From contig CAKZPT010000062.1 in assembly GCA_937139365.1 (NCBI GenBank), positions 5,422 to 69,421 on the forward strand: a DNA stretch of 64,000 nt. Direction: 5' to 3'. Below the pieces are notes generated by a model. That model was not told where the DNA came from. It did not search any database and saw only the letters and a program-made list of their open reading frames with translations. The translations under genes were made by a program, and so were the position numbers. This document shows, piece after piece, positions 47,575 to 57,653 of the stretch; positions within the stretch are counted from its first letter, which is position 1, and every line of letters begins with the position of its first letter. This DNA is from an uncultured bacterium. Its GTDB lineage: Bacteria; Verrucomicrobiota; Kiritimatiellia; PWTM01.

Positions 47575-48965
47575 TTAGGGCAGGCGCTTGACCCGGACGT
47601 TCTGGAATTCCACCGGGTCGTTGTGGCCCGCGAACCCGATGTGGCCGCTTCGCCGCTCCAATCCCTTCGGCACCACGGACAATTTCGAGCGGTCCACCTT
47701 GTCGAGGTCCGCGTCGAGGATTCTCGTCCCGTTCAACGTCACGCGAACGCGCTGGCCCTCGACACGAATCTCCTGAGTATTCCACTGCCCCGCCGGCCGG
47801 AGGTACCCGCGCTTGGCCCCGACACAGTGGCAGATCGAGCCGTGGTATTGGTAGTCCTTCAACGGCCGGCCGGTTTTCGCGATGTACCCTTCGTCGTCGA
47901 GCACCTGGATCTCCAGGCCCTCTGACGCCGACCGTCCCGAAGGGGGTGTCCGGATGGCGATCCCGCTGTTGCCGGCCGGCGGCAGGCGAAACTCGAACCG
48001 CAGGATCATGTCGCCGAACTCCTCGCGGCTGAGCAGGTCGCCGCCACAGCCGGGCTTGCAGACGATGCAACCGTCCCGCACCTCGTAACTGTCCACCGCG
48101 CCCTGCCAGTTGGAAAGGTCCCGGCCGTTGTCGAGCCGGAGGAACCCCTGCTCGTCCGCCGCCGGCCAAGCGTTGGCTTCGTCAGAGCCGATCTCCCGGA
48201 TGAAGACGTTCCGCCACCGGATCTCGCTGCCGTGGCTTTGGAGCTGGATGGGTCCGCGGAGCCGGACGGGGTCGGGAAAATCGTTCGGGTCAATCAGCGC
48301 GCCTTCCTTCCGCGGCTTCTGAGACGCGATGCGCGAAACATAGTTTCCCAACCGGGCGCGGTCCACCACCGTCACGTCGTTCAATACGACGGTCACCAGT
48401 TCGCCCACCATCGTGATGCGGAAGGAGTTCCATTCGCCGAGCGGCCGGTCGGCCTTGGCCAGCGGATCCTTGCCGGGGGCGCCGGGGCTGTTGTTTCACA
48501 GACCGCCCGAACCCTTGTCCGGCCCTATACCCCGCGGGTCCCCCCGGATGCTGTCCCAGATCTGGACCTGCGGATAGCCCCGAAGGTATAGACGCCGCTG
48601 TCTTCGCCGGGCAGGGCCTTGTATTCGAGCCGGCGCTCGAAGTCGCCGAAGTCCCGGTCGGTGGTCAGGTACAGGCCACGTCCGTCGTTGACTAGCTCCC
48701 CGTCTTCGACCCTCCAGTGGGCGAGGACGTGTTGCGGTCCGTGGCGGCCCTCCGGCAGCCCGCCTTCGACCGATGCCCGCTTGTATGCGGCCAGTTCCTC
48801 CGGCGACATCCGCGCCAGTTCGGCCGGATCACGGGTCGGCCATCCGTACCAGCCCGTCAGGTCTCGCCCGTTAAACAAGGCCATGAAACCCGGCGGCGGA
48901 GACTGCGCCCAAGCCGCCATGGCAACCCATGCCACCCCGATCCTCACCGCCGCTCGCGCGTTCAT
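47575..48965 (-). pseudogene. Tandem-DUF1080 (3-keto-disaccharide hydrolase-like) secreted protein with a frameshift near 48411-48525
   Basis: ORF 48525..49001 (signal peptide plus ALFNGRDLTGWYG...HWRVEDGELVNDGRGLYLTTDRDFGDFERRLEYK...) and ORF 47575..48411 (second domain, ...GHIGFAGHNDPVEFQNVRVKRLP) are in different frames. The gap lacks the middle of domain 1. Confidence 0.7.
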
Positions 48966-49538
48966 GTCCACCGCCCCTTTGTCCACCGGCCGGACCGACA
49001 CCTATTCTAACCCAACTCAATCGTAGTACGACCTTGCTGCCCTGCTCGCCACGGTATGCGTTTCCTGTTCACGGGAAGACCATCTGGCTGTCTTTTTTTT
49101 CGCTGCCACTGGGAAGACGGCCAGCAACGGGTCGCTCTGGGGCGCAGTCTGTGCCAGCCCCAAGTCACCGTCCCGTCAGGGTGCAGCGCATGCAACGGTT
49201 GCAGGCTACTCATTTGCACGCCGTCGCGTAAAGACTCTGGGCCACGCGCCAGCGCCTGATGACAGCTCCTTTCGACTGCACGTACACGTTACCCGAGTCC
49301 ACTGGCCAAGCCCCAAAAACAGCGTGATGTTGCAGGGGCGCTCTGGCCGGGAAAAGCCTCATATGCGCCTCCACTCTTCCGCATGAGCACGACTCCCCAA
49401 ATCCGCCTCGCCACCACCACGACAGGTCAGCGGGATCAGGGTTCGCCCAACTGAACCGGCCCGTTCGGCCCCTCCCGCGAAACAAACCGTGGGGCTCGAC
49501 GGCGGACCGGCTTTTCCCCTCGGCGGCTTTGCGCCAGA

Positions 49539-50411
49539 ATGAAGGACATGAAGACATTGACGATCGTATGGCTCTGTGGGACGGTCGCGGCGTTTGCGGC
49601 CGCGGCGGAACAGCGGGCCGTGGGCACCGGCCCTTCCTTCGCCGGTCCGCTTGGTCTCCAGCTTTACAGCCTTCGGGACGGCTTCAAGTCCGACGTGGAC
49701 AAGACGCTGGACGAGGTCAAGGCCTTCGGGTTCCGGTACGTCGAGCTGGCCGGTACGTATGGGCTGTCCGCGGAGGAATTTCGAACAAAACTCGACGCGC
49801 GCGGGCTGGTGGCCATCGCGGGGCTTTTCCCGATGGAGCGGTACCTCAAAGACCCGGACGGGCTGGCGAGGGACGCGAAGACCCTCGGGCTGCAGTACGT
49901 CGGAGTCGCCTGGTACCCGCACCAGCCGCCTTTCGACGAGGCCCAGTGCCGTAAAATGGCCGCGGACTTCAACGCCGCCGGCCGCGCGATGGCGGAGCGA
50001 GGCCTGAAGTTCTTCTACCACAACCATGGCTACGAGTTTCACCCATGGAAGGAGGGGACGCTGTTCGACCTGCTGGCATCGGAAACCGATCCCAACCTCG
50101 TCGCGTTCGAAATGGACGTGCTGTGGACCGTCTTCCCCGGCCAGGACCCCGTTGCACTGCTCCGCAAGTACGGGCGCCGGTGGGAGCTGATGCACCTAAA
50201 GGACCTGCGCGAGGGCGTAACCGGCGACCTCAGCGGGAAGACCTCCGTCACCAACGGCGTCGTCCTCGGCACGGGGCAGACGGACTTTGCCGCGTTGCTG
50301 AAGACCGCGCAGGAGGTCGGCGTCCGATGGTACTTCATCGAAGACGAGTCGCCGACCGCCCGGGAGCAGATCCCGGCCAGCCTGCGCTTCCTCGAGCAGC
50401 TTCGCTGGTGA
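49539..50411 (+). CDS. Secreted sugar-phosphate isomerase/epimerase (xylose-isomerase-like TIM barrel)
   Basis: Signal peptide MKDMKTLTIVWLCGTVAAFAAAAEQ. GFRYVELAG, FFYHNHGYEF and FEMDVLW are hallmarks of the AP-endonuclease-2/xylose-isomerase TIM fold. Confidence 0.8.
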   Translation: MKDMKTLTIVWLCGTVAAFAAAAEQRAVGTGPSFAGPLGLQLYSLRDGFKSDVDKTLDEVKAFGFRYVELAGTYGLSAEEFRTKLDARGLVAIAGLFPMERYLKDPDGLARDAKTLGLQYVGVAWYPHQPPFDEAQCRKMAADFNAAGRAMAERGLKFFYHNHGYEFHPWKEGTLFDLLASETDPNLVAFEMDVLWTVFPGQDPVALLRKYGRRWELMHLKDLREGVTGDLSGKTSVTNGVVLGTGQTDFAALLKTAQEVGVRWYFIEDESPTAREQIPASLRFLEQLRW

Positions 50412-50428
50412 TCGGCCCGGCGCGAGCA

Positions 50429-50671
50429 TCAACCCGACCACGGACACGCGCCGCCCGCGCAGCCTCCGGACGCGCCGGCGGACGATGCCGAACAGGCGCC
50501 GCCGGCGCAGGAGGGCGGGGAGGGCGCGGCGCTCCGCGGTGCGAAGGTCGAAAGCTTCCTCGTCAATGCCCGCGACCCGCAGGCGGGGCACGCCGGCCGT
50601 TCGCCGGCCGAACGGATCAGCAGCTCGCTCTCCGCGCCGCAATTGCGGCAGGCATATTCGTGCAACGGCAT
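50429..50671 (-). CDS. FmdB-family zinc-ribbon regulatory protein
   Basis: MPLHEYACRNCGAESELL...CPACGS (CxxC...CxxC) followed by a Gly/Ala/Cys-rich tail. Confidence 0.7.
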   Translation of the reverse strand: MPLHEYACRNCGAESELLIRSAGERPACPACGSRALTRKLSTFAPRSAAPSPPSCAGGACSASSAGASGGCAGGACPWSG

Positions 50672-50678
50672 GGCGTCC

Positions 50679-50996
50679 TCACGCGTTCTCGATCAGCGCG
50701 GCGAGCTTCGCCTCGCTCTGGACGCCGATCAACTGCTGCACGACCTGGCCGTCCTTCATCAACAGCAGCGTCGGGATGCTGCGAACGCCGTAGCGCATCG
50801 CCAGCTCCGGCTCCTCGTCCACGTTGACCTTGGCGATCTTCGCCCGGCCTGCGACCCGCGCCGCCAGCCTCTGGAGAATGGGCGTCTGCATGCGACAGGG
50901 GCCGCACCATGGCGCCCAGAAATCCACCAGCACCACGCCATTGCGTGTCTCGGCCTCGAAATCGGCCACCGTCAGGTCTTTCAGCCCTTCGCTCAT
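50679..50996 (-). CDS. trxA: Thioredoxin
   Basis: VLVDFWAPWCGPCRMQTPIL (WCGPC active site); 105 aa. Confidence 0.9.
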   Translation of the reverse strand: MSEGLKDLTVADFEAETRNGVVLVDFWAPWCGPCRMQTPILQRLAARVAGRAKIAKVNVDEEPELAMRYGVRSIPTLLLMKDGQVVQQLIGVQSEAKLAALIENA

Positions 50997-51095
50997 TGTT
51001 GGATTCCTTTCAAATTCGCCGGCGGGGGAAACAACGGATCGCCCCGATGACGAACACAGTGCCCCGCCCGGCGCGGTGGCGCGAGCCGCGCGGCC

Positions 51096-51284
51096 TCAGC
51101 GGCCACAGCCCAGCCGCTGCAGCGCCTTTTCCGCCGGACACCAGCCGGTGAAGGCCGACTGCAGCAGGTTTGCGCCGACGAAGCCGGCCAGCAATAGCCA
51201 CGCCTCGTGGTGAACCCGGCTGAGCAGCAGCGCCACCAACACCATCGTGCCCGCGAGGGCCCGCACGCACTGTTCCACCTTCAT
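51096..51284 (-). CDS. DUF2892 (YgaP-like) small membrane protein
   Basis: MKVEQCVRALAGTMVLVALLL...GANLLQSAFTGWCPAEKALQRLG follows the DUF2892 pattern. Confidence 0.65.
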   Translation of the reverse strand: MKVEQCVRALAGTMVLVALLLSRVHHEAWLLLAGFVGANLLQSAFTGWCPAEKALQRLGCGR

Positions 51285-51576
51285 TCGACCCCTCTCGTCA
51301 TGGCCCCATCGCCGCTCGCACGAACGCGCGCGGATCGGCGTCCACCGACCCGCCCATGACGCGGGCGATCGTTCCGCCGAACCGGCGGCCGAAAAGGCCG
51401 GCGTTCATCGAGGCGATCCGCACGCCGTCCGCTGTTTCGTACACGGCCATCGAACAGGGCATCCGGACCGAGGCGACGCAGGCGCCGCCGTGGCGCCGCC
51501 AGCGCCACCGCGGCCAGCGCCCACAGAACGCCGGCCGGCCCGCCCCACAGAAAACGGTTCATTCCGCGTCCCTTTC

Positions 51577-51726
51577 TCATCGCGGAGCCGCGAGCAGTGC
51601 GCCGATCAAGCCCCACCAGATCATCGAGGTCCAGGGGTTCGACGTCAGCGGGCAAGCGCCCGTGCGGCAGCCGACAAACCGGTAGTACGCCCAGCCCAGC
51701 GCCGCCCCGACCGCCGCGCCCGTCAC
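51577..51726 (-). CDS. Small membrane protein with a C-x-x-G-x-C motif (DUF6132-like), 49 aa; not in the ORF track
   Basis: Manual translation from a GTG at 51726: VTGAAVGAALGWAYYRFVGCRTGACPLTSNPWTSMIWWGLIGALLAAPR. The pattern (GA.GY.YY.FVGC..G.C.ITSNP) matches small proteins I recall co-occurring with thioredoxin/DUF2892 loci. Confidence 0.4.
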   Translation of the reverse strand: MTGAAVGAALGWAYYRFVGCRTGACPLTSNPWTSMIWWGLIGALLAAPR

Positions 51727-51743
51727 GCTGCGCCAAACGGCGC

Positions 51744-52034
51744 TCACAGCCGTCCCTCCACCGGCAGCACGAACGCCCGGACGCCCTCGCCGGGATAGAG
51801 GGTACGGCGGAAGGTGTCGATCGCCCCCCGAAGCTCGTCGAGCTTAGGGTCCTCCACGACGGTGAAGATCATCACCGAACGGCCCGGAAACACCGGCGTG
51901 CCGAGACGGGCGCCGGTTGCCCCCTCGCCTACGATGTTCCGAAACTCCGAGTAGGCGTGGACCTCGTGACGGGTGATCAGGGCGCGCAGGTCCTCCTCGC
52001 GACCCTCGGGTCCGATCAGCACGAGCATCTTCAT
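51744..52034 (-). CDS. Small PII-like/DUF3240-like protein translationally coupled to czcA
   Basis: The C-terminal 96 aa of track ORF 51744..52592 from MKMLVLIGPEGREEDLRALITRHEVHAYSEF... The ATG at 52034 overlaps the czcA stop (ATGA). Confidence 0.55.
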   Translation of the reverse strand: MKMLVLIGPEGREEDLRALITRHEVHAYSEFRNIVGEGATGARLGTPVFPGRSVMIFTVVEDPKLDELRGAIDTFRRTLYPGEGVRAFVLPVEGRL

Positions 52035-55000
52035 GGCGCGCCCTCCTGCCGGCCGGCGGCCGGCGCGTGGAGCAGGTGATAGGTGGCCGGGATCACGACC
52101 AACGTGAACGCCGTTGAGACGAACAGGCCGAAGATCAGCGCCCAGGCCAGCCCGCTGAAGATCGGATCGAACGTGATCGGCCAGGAGCCGAGCATCGTCG
52201 TGCCCGCCGTCAGGAAGATCGGACGCAGGCGGACTGCCCCCGACTCGAGGATCGCCTCGCGCAGCGGCCGGCCGCGCTCGACGGCCGTCCGGATGAAGTC
52301 GATCAGCAACACCCCGTTGCGGATCACGATGCCCGCCAGGACGATCATGCCGATCATCGCGGTCGCGGTGAAGAAGACGGGGTTGTCGTAGCCGGCGACC
52401 GGCCGGTTCACCACGGCATTGAGGAGACCGAACCCCGGCGCGATGCCGATCAGCGTCAGCGGGATGGAAAGCATCACCACCAACGGCAAGACATACGATT
52501 GGGTCTCGTAGACCAGCAACACGTAAATTACCAGCAACGCCGCCGCAAAGGCGATCCCCAGATCCCGGAACACGTCCAGCGTGATCTTCCACTCGCCCTC
52601 GCCGCGCCAGTCGACGCGGATCCCGTCGGGCAGCGGATGGTCACGGAAATGCCGCTGCAACGCCAAGATCGCGTAGGCCGGCCCGCGGCCCGCGGCCTCG
52701 GCCGTGACGAACACCACCCGCTCCTGGTTTTTGTGGTAGATGGAGATTTCATCCGGTTCCTCGCGGAACCGGCCCAGTTCGCCGACCTGGACCAGCTGGC
52801 CGCGCCCGCCGCGCACCGGCAGCGAGCGGACGCGTTCGAAGTCTGCGCGCGCCTCCCGCGGCAGCCGCACGACGATCGGCCACTCGTTCTGCTCCGAGGG
52901 TTCGTGCACCACCCCCGCCGGCATCCCGTCCAGCGCCAGCCGCACCGTCTGCGCGATCGTCTCCGTCGACACCCCGTTCAACGCCGCCTTCTCCCGGTCC
53001 ACCTCGAACACCCACCGCGTCCGCTCGGCCTCGACCATATCGTCCACGTCCACGACGCCGGGCTCGCGCTCCATCCGGGCCCGCACAATGCGCGCGGCCG
53101 CGACGAGGTCGGCGTAGGGCGTGTCCGGCCGTCCGTAGACCTCGGCGACGATCGTCGAGAGCACCGGCGGTCCGGGGGGCGTCTCGACCAGCTTTAGCGA
53201 TGCGCCGGTGCGCCGGGCGATCGCGTCCAGCTCCGGCCGCAGCCGAAGGGCGATCGAGTGGCTGTCGGCCTGGCGGTGGCGTCGGTGGAGGAGATTGATC
53301 CTCACGTCGGCCACGTGGGACCCCTCCCGCAGGTAGTAGTGGCGGACCAGGCCGTTGAAGTCCATCGGGGACGCCGTGCCGACGGTCGTTGTGAAGTCCA
53401 CGACCTCCGGCACGGTGCGCACGAGATGTTCGATCTCCCGTGCGACCGCGTCGGTGGTTTCCAGCGTCGAGCCCTCCGGCAAGTCGATGACCACCTGCAG
53501 TTCGTTCTTGTTGTCAAAAGGGAGCATCTTGAGCGGCACGACGGCCAGGGCCAGCCAGCCGGCCCCGACGAACAGGGCCGCGAGCGCGGCCAGCAGGGCC
53601 AGCGTGCGGCCGCGGGAGGCGATCAGGGGCCGCATCAACCGGCTGTAGATGCGGTAGGCCGCGCCGCCGGCGGCCCCGCCGTCGCTGGCCTCCTCGAGCC
53701 GGAGCGCGTGGCGTCCGGCCAGGAGCCGTCGGGCCGTCCACGGGGTGATGGCCGCGGCGACCAACAGCGAACTGAGCATCGCCAGCGGGACGTTGAGGGC
53801 CATCGGCCGCATGTAGGGCCCCATCATCCCGGTGATGAAAAACATCGGGACGAACGCCGCGATGACCGACAGCGTCGCCAGGACCGTCGGAGGCAACACC
53901 TCGCCCATCGCCGTCTCGATCGCGTCGTCCGGCGGCAGCCGCCGGCGGGCTAGGTGCCGGTAAATGTTCTCCACGGAGACGATCGGGTTGTCCACCAGCA
54001 GGCCGAGCGCCAGGATCAGCGCGAACAGGGTGACGCGGTTGATCGTGTAGCCGGCCAGCAGGTTCACCAGCAACGTCAGCGAGTACGTCACCGGCACCGC
54101 CAGCGCGACGACCGCGCCGACGCGGACGTTCATCGTCAGCGCGATCAGCCCGATCACCGTCACCATCGCCAGCCCGAGCGAGCGGACCAGCTCGTTGACC
54201 TTGTCGTTCGCCGTCTCCCCGTAGTTGCGGGTGATGCGAGTGCGGACCTCGCCGGGGATCAGGGTGCCGCGCAGACCGGCCAGCGTCCGTTCGATGTCCC
54301 GCGCCACCCACACCGCGTTGCTTCCCTTCTTTTTCGCGACGGCGATCGTCACGGCCTCGAGCGAGTGGTCCGGCGGCCCGCCGACACCGCCGTCGGCCGG
54401 GCCGAAGCCGATCCGGGTGTAGGTGCGCACCTCGTCGGGGCCATCCACGACGTCCGCCACGTCGCGCAGGTAGACGGGCCGGTCGCCGTGAACGCCGATC
54501 ATCAGTCCGCGCACCTCGTCGGCGCTGCGGAGGAACGGCCCGGCGTGCACGGCGTATTCGCGGTTGGCGACGTCGACCCGACCGGCGCCGAGGTGGCGGT
54601 TGGCCGCCTGCAGCGCGCCGGCGACCTCGATCGGGGAGAGGTGGTGGGCCGCTAGCCGCTCCGGATCGATCAACACCCGGATGGTGCGCGGCTCGCCGCC
54701 GTGAATCGTTACCCGCGCGCTGTCGCGCACGTGCTGCAGCCGCGCCGCCACCTCCTCCGCGACCCGCCGTAGCTCGTGCGTGCCATACCGGTCCGAGTAG
54801 AGCGTGACTGCGACGATCGGCACGTCGTCGATCTCGATCGGCTTGACCACCCAGCCGGCGATCCCCGGCGTCGTCCGGTCCACGTTCTGGAAGATCTTGT
54901 TGTACAGCTTGATCAAGCTGGCCTCGCGATCCTCGCCCACGTGAAATCGCACGGTGACCACCGCCTGGCCCGGCATGGACATCGAGTACACGTACTCGAC

Positions 55001-55255
55001 GCCGTCGATCTGGTAGAGCAGGCGCTCGAGGCGCGAGGCCACCCGCCGCTCGATCTCCTCCGCGCTGCCGCCGGGGTACGAGATCAAAACGTCGGCCAGC
55101 GGAACCACGATCTGCGGCTCCTCCTCGCGCGGGGTCAGCACCAGCGCGACCACGCCGGCGGCCAGGCTGATCAGGATCAGCAGCGCCGCCATCCGCCCCC
55201 GCAAAAAGGCTCGGACCACGCCGGTCAAACGGCCTGCAGTCGCCGTCATCTTCAT
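52031..55255 (-). CDS. czcA: Heavy-metal efflux RND transporter, CzcA/CusA family
   Basis: 1074 aa. Conserved HME-RND features along its length (IAVAKKKGSNAV, the A..xDxxxV-type TM4 region, and the large periplasmic loops). Confidence 0.9.
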   Translation of the reverse strand: MKMTATAGRLTGVVRAFLRGRMAALLILISLAAGVVALVLTPREEEPQIVVPLADVLISYPGGSAEEIERRVASRLERLLYQIDGVEYVYSMSMPGQAVVTVRFHVGEDREASLIKLYNKIFQNVDRTTPGIAGWVVKPIEIDDVPIVAVTLYSDRYGTHELRRVAEEVAARLQHVRDSARVTIHGGEPRTIRVLIDPERLAAHHLSPIEVAGALQAANRHLGAGRVDVANREYAVHAGPFLRSADEVRGLMIGVHGDRPVYLRDVADVVDGPDEVRTYTRIGFGPADGGVGGPPDHSLEAVTIAVAKKKGSNAVWVARDIERTLAGLRGTLIPGEVRTRITRNYGETANDKVNELVRSLGLAMVTVIGLIALTMNVRVGAVVALAVPVTYSLTLLVNLLAGYTINRVTLFALILALGLLVDNPIVSVENIYRHLARRRLPPDDAIETAMGEVLPPTVLATLSVIAAFVPMFFITGMMGPYMRPMALNVPLAMLSSLLVAAAITPWTARRLLAGRHALRLEEASDGGAAGGAAYRIYSRLMRPLIASRGRTLALLAALAALFVGAGWLALAVVPLKMLPFDNKNELQVVIDLPEGSTLETTDAVAREIEHLVRTVPEVVDFTTTVGTASPMDFNGLVRHYYLREGSHVADVRINLLHRRHRQADSHSIALRLRPELDAIARRTGASLKLVETPPGPPVLSTIVAEVYGRPDTPYADLVAAARIVRARMEREPGVVDVDDMVEAERTRWVFEVDREKAALNGVSTETIAQTVRLALDGMPAGVVHEPSEQNEWPIVVRLPREARADFERVRSLPVRGGRGQLVQVGELGRFREEPDEISIYHKNQERVVFVTAEAAGRGPAYAILALQRHFRDHPLPDGIRVDWRGEGEWKITLDVFRDLGIAFAAALLVIYVLLVYETQSYVLPLVVMLSIPLTLIGIAPGFGLLNAVVNRPVAGYDNPVFFTATAMIGMIVLAGIVIRNGVLLIDFIRTAVERGRPLREAILESGAVRLRPIFLTAGTTMLGSWPITFDPIFSGLAWALIFGLFVSTAFTLVVIPATYHLLHAPAAGRQEGAP

Positions 55256-56301
55256 CCCTCCCTGCCGCCGGCGGACCAGGCCACGACCTCGCCGTCCTCA
55301 AGGCCGGCCAGGATCTCCACCACGCCGCCCTCGCGCCGGCCCGTGCGCACCAGCCGCCGGACGAGGCGGCCGTCGCGGAGTACGCCAACCAGCTCAAGCT
55401 GGCCGACCCGTCGGACCGCCACCTCGGGCAGGAGGATCTGCTCCGTGGGCTCGGTCCCGATCACTAGCCGACCGAACGCGCCGGGTCGAAGGCCCGTTGG
55501 ATCCTCCAGCCGCACCTTGACCTTCTGCGTCCGGCTAGCCGGATCGATCTCCGACACGATCTCACTCACCGTGCCCCGGCGCCGCCCCGCCGGATGCGTC
55601 AGGACCACCTCGACCGTCCGGCCTGTCGCCACCCGGTCGATCAAGCGCACCGGCACGGGCGCCTCCAGCCGCATGCGGGTCGGGTCGTACACCGACATCA
55701 GCACCATGCCCGGCGCGGCCAGGTCGCCCTCCTCCACCCGCCGGTCGGTGACGATGCCGTCGATCGGCGAGACGATGCGGGCGTACGAGAGCATGACCTT
55801 CACCCGCTCCACCTGCGCGGCGGCGGCGGCGCGCGCCGTCTCGGCGGCGAGCATCTGCTGTTCGGTGGCGGCCTTGGACTCGAAGAGGCTCCTCGTCCGG
55901 CGGTACTCGGCCTCCGCCTGCCGGGCCTGCGCCTCGGCGGCGGCGAGCTGTTCGCGGATCTCGCGGTCGTCCAGCAGTACCAGTTCCTGGCCCGCCTTCA
56001 CCTCCGAGCCGGCCGCGACGAGCACGCGGCGGACGTGCGCGGGGATCTTCGCGCTGATCTGGATGCGCGACTCCGACTCGAAGGTGCCCGGCACCTCCGC
56101 CCGTCCGGGACGCGCAACGCGCCGCACGACTTGGGTGACGACGTTGTCCGGCAAGGGCTCCCCGGCGGGCGCCTCGACGCGGCCGGGCGGGGTCTTTGGG
56201 GCGCATCCCCCGGTCGAGTACGCGGTGATCGCCGCCATGCCGGCGACCGCAGCGACCGGTTTCCAGAGTCGGCGAAACCATAGGGCCGTGCCAGCGTTCA
56301 T
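55252..56301 (-). CDS. czcB: Efflux RND periplasmic adaptor subunit (CzcB-like) lipoprotein
   Basis: The C-terminal 349 aa of track ORF 55252..56880 from MNAGTALWFRRLWKPVAAVAGMAAITAYSTGGC (lipobox). Coiled-coil hairpin plus a beta-barrel MFP body. Stop and start overlaps on both sides (ATGA). Confidence 0.85.
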   Translation of the reverse strand: MNAGTALWFRRLWKPVAAVAGMAAITAYSTGGCAPKTPPGRVEAPAGEPLPDNVVTQVVRRVARPGRAEVPGTFESESRIQISAKIPAHVRRVLVAAGSEVKAGQELVLLDDREIREQLAAAEAQARQAEAEYRRTRSLFESKAATEQQMLAAETARAAAAAQVERVKVMLSYARIVSPIDGIVTDRRVEEGDLAAPGMVLMSVYDPTRMRLEAPVPVRLIDRVATGRTVEVVLTHPAGRRRGTVSEIVSEIDPASRTQKVKVRLEDPTGLRPGAFGRLVIGTEPTEQILLPEVAVRRVGQLELVGVLRDGRLVRRLVRTGRREGGVVEILAGLEDGEVVAWSAGGREG

Positions 56302-57653
56302 TGGGGAGTCCTTTCCGTGGTTCGGGTGGTAGATGGGGCGGCGCCCAGCCGTCCGCGGGCGCGCTCCAGATTCGATAGGGCGGTCAGGTAATCGTACCGC
56401 GCGGCGATCCGGCGCGCGCGGATCGAGGCCAGGCCAACATCGGCGGAGAGCAGTTCGGCCAGGTCGGCCGCGCCCTGCTCGTAACGGGCGCGCGTCATCC
56501 GCAGGGCCTCGTCGGCGCTGGCCTCGGCCTGTTCGGTCACCTGCCAGCGCTCGAACGCCTCCCGGACCTGGATGGCCGCCTGGCGCAGATCGAGGCGGAG
56601 CTGGTCGCGCGCGCGGCGCGCCTCCGCCTCGGCGGCCTCGAGTTCGGCGCGGGCCTCGGCGGCCGCGGCCTCGCGCCGGCCCCCCGAAAACAGCTCCAGC
56701 TCCGCCGTCACGCCGGCCAGGTAGCTGCCTTCGAACCCGTCGCCGTCCTCGCTGTCCCAATCCCGGGAGGCGAAGGCGTTGACCGTGGGACGGAACTCGG
56801 CGCGTGCGCGCCGCCACGCGGCCCGGCGCGCCTCCACGGCGGCCTCCGCCGCCCGCATCGCGGGATGCCGGCGCAGGCATTCCTCGTCGGCCTCGCAGGG
56901 CGGCAGGGCGGGAATCGGACCGGAGCTGGCGGCCGGCAGGCCGGAGGTCGGCATCAGGTCTCGCCCAACGACGGTGTTCAGCGCGGCGATCGCCAGCGCC
57001 ACACCGTTGCGCGCCCGCACCTCGTCCTCCCGGGCCTCCGCCAGCCGCACCTCCAGCGAAAGCACGTCGCTGTGGACCGCCGCCCCCTGCTCCAACCGCG
57101 CGCGCGCGATCCGGAGGCTTTCCTCCAGCGAGGCGATCTGCGCGGCCCGGACGCGCACCATCTCCTGCGCCTGCAGCACGCCGTGGTAAGCTCGGGTCAC
57201 CTCGAACACCAACTGGTTGCGCACCGCCTCGGCCGCCCGCTCCCGCGCCGCGGCGATCGCGTCGGCCGCCGCCACGCCCGCGCCCCGCCGGCCGAAGTCC
57301 AGCAGCGCGTACCGCAGCCCTAGCGAAAGCCGCAGGTTGCCGGTGTCGTCGGGCTCGTTCGGGTTGAACGCCGGGTCCCGCATGTCCAGCGCCCGCTGGT
57401 TGAGCGTCATCATGAACGCCTGCGGAGGATTGTCGGTCCGGGCGTAGCCGGCCTGCGCGCCGAGCATCGGCCAGCCGGCCGCCCGCGCCTGCCGCGCGGC
57501 CGCCCGCGCCGCCGCGATCCGGGCCCCGGCCGCTTGGATGTCCGGATTACTCTCCAACGCCGCGGCGATCATCCGCTCGAGCATCGGCTCCGTCTCCGCC
57601 ACGGCAACGGCGGCGCCCGCCGCCGCGATCCACATCCACGTCCACCGCCTCAT
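56298..57653 (-). CDS. czcC: Outer-membrane efflux protein (CzcC/TolC family)
   Basis: 451 aa. Signal peptide plus OEP repeats (LERMIAAALESNPDIQAAGARIAAARA...). Confidence 0.85.
   Translation of the reverse strand: MRRWTWMWIAAAGAAVAVAETEPMLERMIAAALESNPDIQAAGARIAAARAAARQARAAGWPMLGAQAGYARTDNPPQAFMMTLNQRALDMRDPAFNPNEPDDTGNLRLSLGLRYALLDFGRRGAGVAAADAIAAARERAAEAVRNQLVFEVTRAYHGVLQAQEMVRVRAAQIASLEESLRIARARLEQGAAVHSDVLSLEVRLAEAREDEVRARNGVALAIAALNTVVGRDLMPTSGLPAASSGPIPALPPCEADEECLRRHPAMRAAEAAVEARRAAWRRARAEFRPTVNAFASRDWDSEDGDGFEGSYLAGVTAELELFSGGRREAAAAEARAELEAAEAEARRARDQLRLDLRQAAIQVREAFERWQVTEQAEASADEALRMTRARYEQGAADLAELLSADVGLASIRARRIAARYDYLTALSNLERARGRLGAAPSTTRTTERTPQ

Noticed and set aside
53514-56332. 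ORFs 53514..55397 (-), 53954..54655 (+), 54776..56332 (+)
   Set aside because: Alternate or antisense frames over czcA and czcB.
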